Below, piece by piece: positions 57,771 to 64,000 of a DNA stretch of 64,000 nucleotides; the stretch's first letter is position 1; every line of letters begins with the position of its first letter. The stretch covers positions 512,001-576,000 of the forward strand of contig BK006938.2 in the NCBI GenBank assembly GCA_000146045.2. The letters run 5' to 3'. The notes below the pieces were generated by a model. It was given only the letters and a program-made list of their open reading frames with translations, ran no database searches and was not told the origin of the DNA. The position numbers and the translations under genes are program-made. Origin of the DNA: TPA_inf: Saccharomyces. Its lineage: Eukaryota.

Positions 57771-58639
57771 TTTTAGTTTAGTTGAGGGTGGTGAGCAGAA
57801 AATGACTTTTCAAGATGGTAGTCAATAAGCAGTCCTGACCTTGGAAAATAAAACTCCAACCATCTATTAAAATCCGGGATACAATTATTTTTTATAATTT
57901 TGGGTCGGCTATCTTTGGTACAAATGAGTAAGGCGGCAGCCGCTTTATTACCCGCTCGCAGTGGCAACTACCTCCACCACAGCCATGCTTCAAAAGCGCT
58001 TGCTACGAGAGTTTACACCGTACTAGCACTAGCAATACATCTAGATATCTAATTGAATTACGCACAATATAAGAAAAATCGGTTTATGAGCCTAATGAAT
58101 GAGTACCAAAATAAGTAGGCAAAAAGTACAGCCTCTCATGGAACAATGAACACAACCCTAGTATAATTCATCTGTACTTTGGGACTTTCTGTGTAAGTAA
58201 ACCAAGACATAATTTAATATATTTGAGAAATCTATCCTTATCCAATTGGTTGTTGCAGATGATTTCATATAAGCAAAAATGTTGGTATAACTTTCACCAC
58301 ATGCAATAGCAGATCTTTTGTATAACGCGTATTGCCCAACATAATCTAAGATCAGATCATTAATAAGAAAATCTCATTTCCAAAACCGATTGGACATATA
58401 CTGTTTAGTAATAACCGCCGATATGATGTTCTTCCGTTCTCTTGCCTCTGTATTCCGTTACCCGTTGCAGAATGAAAAATTTTTTCTTTTGGCGATGAGG
58501 TAAAAAATTATCAGAGATGCCAAAGTAATGGAGTTGCGAATAAGAAAGCATTATGTCGTACACATCGGAAGCGAAATTCTATAGTTTGATAAATTTCTAT
58601 AGATATTAAACCTCTCCAGTGTCTTTGTTGGTACAGTAA

Positions 58640-61726
<3,087 letters not shown>

Positions 61727-62163
61727 AAAATAATAATACATTAACTAAACACTTCGGTGTTGTAAATTAAATAAGGAAAACAGAATTTTGTACAATAAAA
61801 AACGGTCCAATACGAAACCTTGAAGCGAAAGACGCATATCAGAGTTTTGCTGATAACTCTACTTATGTCCGCTTTTCAACATTATTAGAGCGGGAGTAAA
61901 CGGAAAAAGAGTAATGCGGAAATAGAAACGGATTTTAGCTACAACTATGTCAGTTGAAATCGCCGAGATTGCTGACATCGTGAGACGAAACTAAAAACGA
62001 TGGAACCACGTGACTCCTATTAGAAATAAATAATCCAGAACTCATTTTTAACCATTTTGTTTATATAGGCACATTTGTAGCGACAATTTTCTGTTAGCTA
62101 ATTGCAGTAAGCAAAACAAATTTGTGAATACTTGATTAATATTCTGTGAAAGATTTTTTAATT

Positions 62164-63783
62164 ATGAGTACCAATAAGTTCGTTGTACGAATAACGAATG
62201 CGCTCTTCAAGTCATCACTGGCTAGCAACAGTCCACCTGTTTACCCTAAGAGGATTAGGCATTTCGAGATTTTACCCAACGAAAAATGGGTTATATGGGG
62301 ACCTGGAAAGGGCAAGTTCTTGGATGTACTGAATAACAAGTATATTTGTGAGCCCCCATTATCTTTGAGGTTTGGATTTTTGAAGGAAAGTTCGAACATC
62401 CTGCCGAGGATAGAGCAAGTGGCCTTCAAAGGGGTTATGCCAACGGCTCATTTAAGTGCTAGATATGAATACTTCAAAGATGACTACGATCAAACCTGCA
62501 AACAGTTTATATTTGATAAGGCAAGCGGATCAAATGCTGTTTCATATAAAGTTGAGACGAACAATCGGCAAATAAACATGGAGCTGTACAATGCATTAGT
62601 TGAAAATTTAAACCTCTCCAGTTTACAGGATAGGTGGGTAATGGGATTGAGTAATGGACAAATGAGGAGAGCAAGGTTAGCTCGTAGTATACTCAAGGAA
62701 CCGGATCTACTACTTATTGACGACCCATTTTTAGGGTTGGATCCAGCCGCAATAGCAACCATTTCACAATTTTTAGCCAAATATGATAGTATAGAAGTCA
62801 GTGGCGGATGTCCAATCGTCATTGGTTTGAGGTATCAAGATACCATTCCAGCATGGTGTACTCATATATGTTGCGTTGATGAGAAAAACGGTATATTGTT
62901 TGAAGGCCCAATCGAAAAACTTCAAAGTAAAATGGATGAAACCAGATCAAGGGCACTAAAAGAACTAGAGCAGCTCAAAAAAGCGTCTAATTCCAAAGAG
63001 GACATTTCCATTAACGATTTGATTTGTATACATCCTATGTATGGCAAGAAAGAGCACGAAATTATCAAAATGCCTCATCTTATAGAATTAGACGGGTTGA
63101 GCGTTTCATACAAAGGCGAAGCTGTTTTGGAAAATCTGCACTGGAAAGTTCAGCCGGGTTCGAAATGGCATATAAGAGGTGACAATGGGTCAGGTAAGTC
63201 GACCTTATTATCTTTGCTTACGGCGGAACATCCCCAATCGTGGAATTCGAGGGTGATAGATAATGGCGTCCCACGAAGAACAGGTAAAACAAACTACTTT
63301 GACCTAAACAGCAAAATAGGTATGTCATCACCCGAATTACACGCAATTTTTTTGAAGAATGCTGGAGGAAGGCTAAACATTCGGGAAAGTGTTGCAACTG
63401 GCTATCATGAGGCGTCCTCCAACAATTACCTACCCATATGGAAGCGCTTGGACAAAAATAGCCAAGAAATAGTGAATATGTATCTGAAATATTTTGGCCT
63501 GGACAAAGACGCCGATAGTGTTTTATTTGAACAGTTGTCCGTAAGTGACCAGAAACTAGTCCTTTTTGTCAGGTCTTTAATTAAGATGCCGCAAATATTG
63601 ATTCTCGATGAGGCATTTTCTGGAATGGAGGTAGAACCTATGATGCGTTGTCATGAATTTTTAGAGGAGTGGCCTGGAACAGTCCTTGTAGTGGCACACG
63701 TTGCCGAAGAGACACCAAAATGTGCCCATTACTTAAGGCTCATATCTCCTGGAGAGTATGAAATAGGCGATATGGAAAATTAA
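62164..63783 (+). CDS. YDR061W: Mitochondrial ABC-ATPase-like soluble protein (two degenerate nucleotide-binding domains, no TM domain), 539 aa
   Basis: Walker A GDNGSGKST and ABC signature-like LSNGQMRR/LSVSDQK. The start is taken at MSTNKFVVRI (62164), six codons into the ORF-track ORF, from the remembered 539-aa length. Confidence 0.65.
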   Translation: MSTNKFVVRITNALFKSSLASNSPPVYPKRIRHFEILPNEKWVIWGPGKGKFLDVLNNKYICEPPLSLRFGFLKESSNILPRIEQVAFKGVMPTAHLSARYEYFKDDYDQTCKQFIFDKASGSNAVSYKVETNNRQINMELYNALVENLNLSSLQDRWVMGLSNGQMRRARLARSILKEPDLLLIDDPFLGLDPAAIATISQFLAKYDSIEVSGGCPIVIGLRYQDTIPAWCTHICCVDEKNGILFEGPIEKLQSKMDETRSRALKELEQLKKASNSKEDISINDLICIHPMYGKKEHEIIKMPHLIELDGLSVSYKGEAVLENLHWKVQPGSKWHIRGDNGSGKSTLLSLLTAEHPQSWNSRVIDNGVPRRTGKTNYFDLNSKIGMSSPELHAIFLKNAGGRLNIRESVATGYHEASSNNYLPIWKRLDKNSQEIVNMYLKYFGLDKDADSVLFEQLSVSDQKLVLFVRSLIKMPQILILDEAFSGMEVEPMMRCHEFLEEWPGTVLVVAHVAEETPKCAHYLRLISPGEYEIGDMEN

Positions 63784-64000
63784 AGTTTTCTGTTGTGTGG
63801 CAGCAAGAGACAGAACCTCGATAATTTGACATACGTATATAATAGTACATGTACATAAAAAGCTACGCAAATATCGTATATCTGTTATACTACAAAACAA
63901 TTACTTCTATATCATAGCCAGTTAGCGGGAACGACTTCAGCTAAATGGACTATCCATGCTTTAGGCAGAGGCGAAGCGCGGTGATTGGGTGTAACATCAT

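Overview
This window reads as Saccharomyces cerevisiae nuclear DNA from the right arm of chromosome IV, apparently S288C-like coordinates of roughly 512-576 kb. I recognise the encoded proteins and their order from memory (gene order below); no database search was run.

Gene order, left to right:
- LYS14 N-terminal fragment on the minus strand.
- A nest of Ty delta solo LTRs.
- A full-length Ty1/Ty2-family retrotransposon on the minus strand (its Gag looks Ty2-type), with a 5-bp target-site duplication AGAAA, inserted about 95 bp upstream of a tRNA-Leu(UAA) gene.
- A second nest of deltas, then tRNA-Gln(UUG).
- A 51-aa Cys-rich CYSTM ORF, ARO3, EHD3, KRS1.
- Three tandem, near-identical P-type Na+/Li+ ATPase genes, ENA5-ENA2-ENA1, with a 3885-bp period.
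- RSM10, YDR042C, a C/D-box snoRNA candidate (snR47-like), NRG1.
- A 3.3-kb ORF-poor divergent region, then HEM13, RPC11, BAP3, HEM12, VMS1, TPI1, DET1, DBF4, CDC34, PST1, EMC10/YDR056C, YOS9, TGL2.
- A dicistronic tRNA-Arg(UCU)-tRNA-Asp(GUC) gene.
- UBC5, intron-containing, with TACTAAC branch point and an AAG 3-prime splice site.
- MAK21 and YDR061W.

This is a compact, well-annotated eukaryotic region. There are no prokaryotic features such as CRISPR arrays or operons.

I found no evidence for a genuinely undescribed system. The most distinctive biology is the copy-number-variable ENA array, which shows a gene-conversion signature: identical interiors and diverged outer ends. Only ENA1 carries the complex stress-responsive promoter, which has CRE, Mig1, Nrg1 and CDRE motifs at the positions I recall from the literature. 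Its repressor gene NRG1 lies about 5 kb away. There are two tRNA-associated Ty integration hotspots with delta-in-delta nesting. The consecutive heme-pathway genes HEM12 and HEM13 lie about 5 kb apart.

Gene names, and the remembered regulatory-site positions in particular, are unverified recollection.
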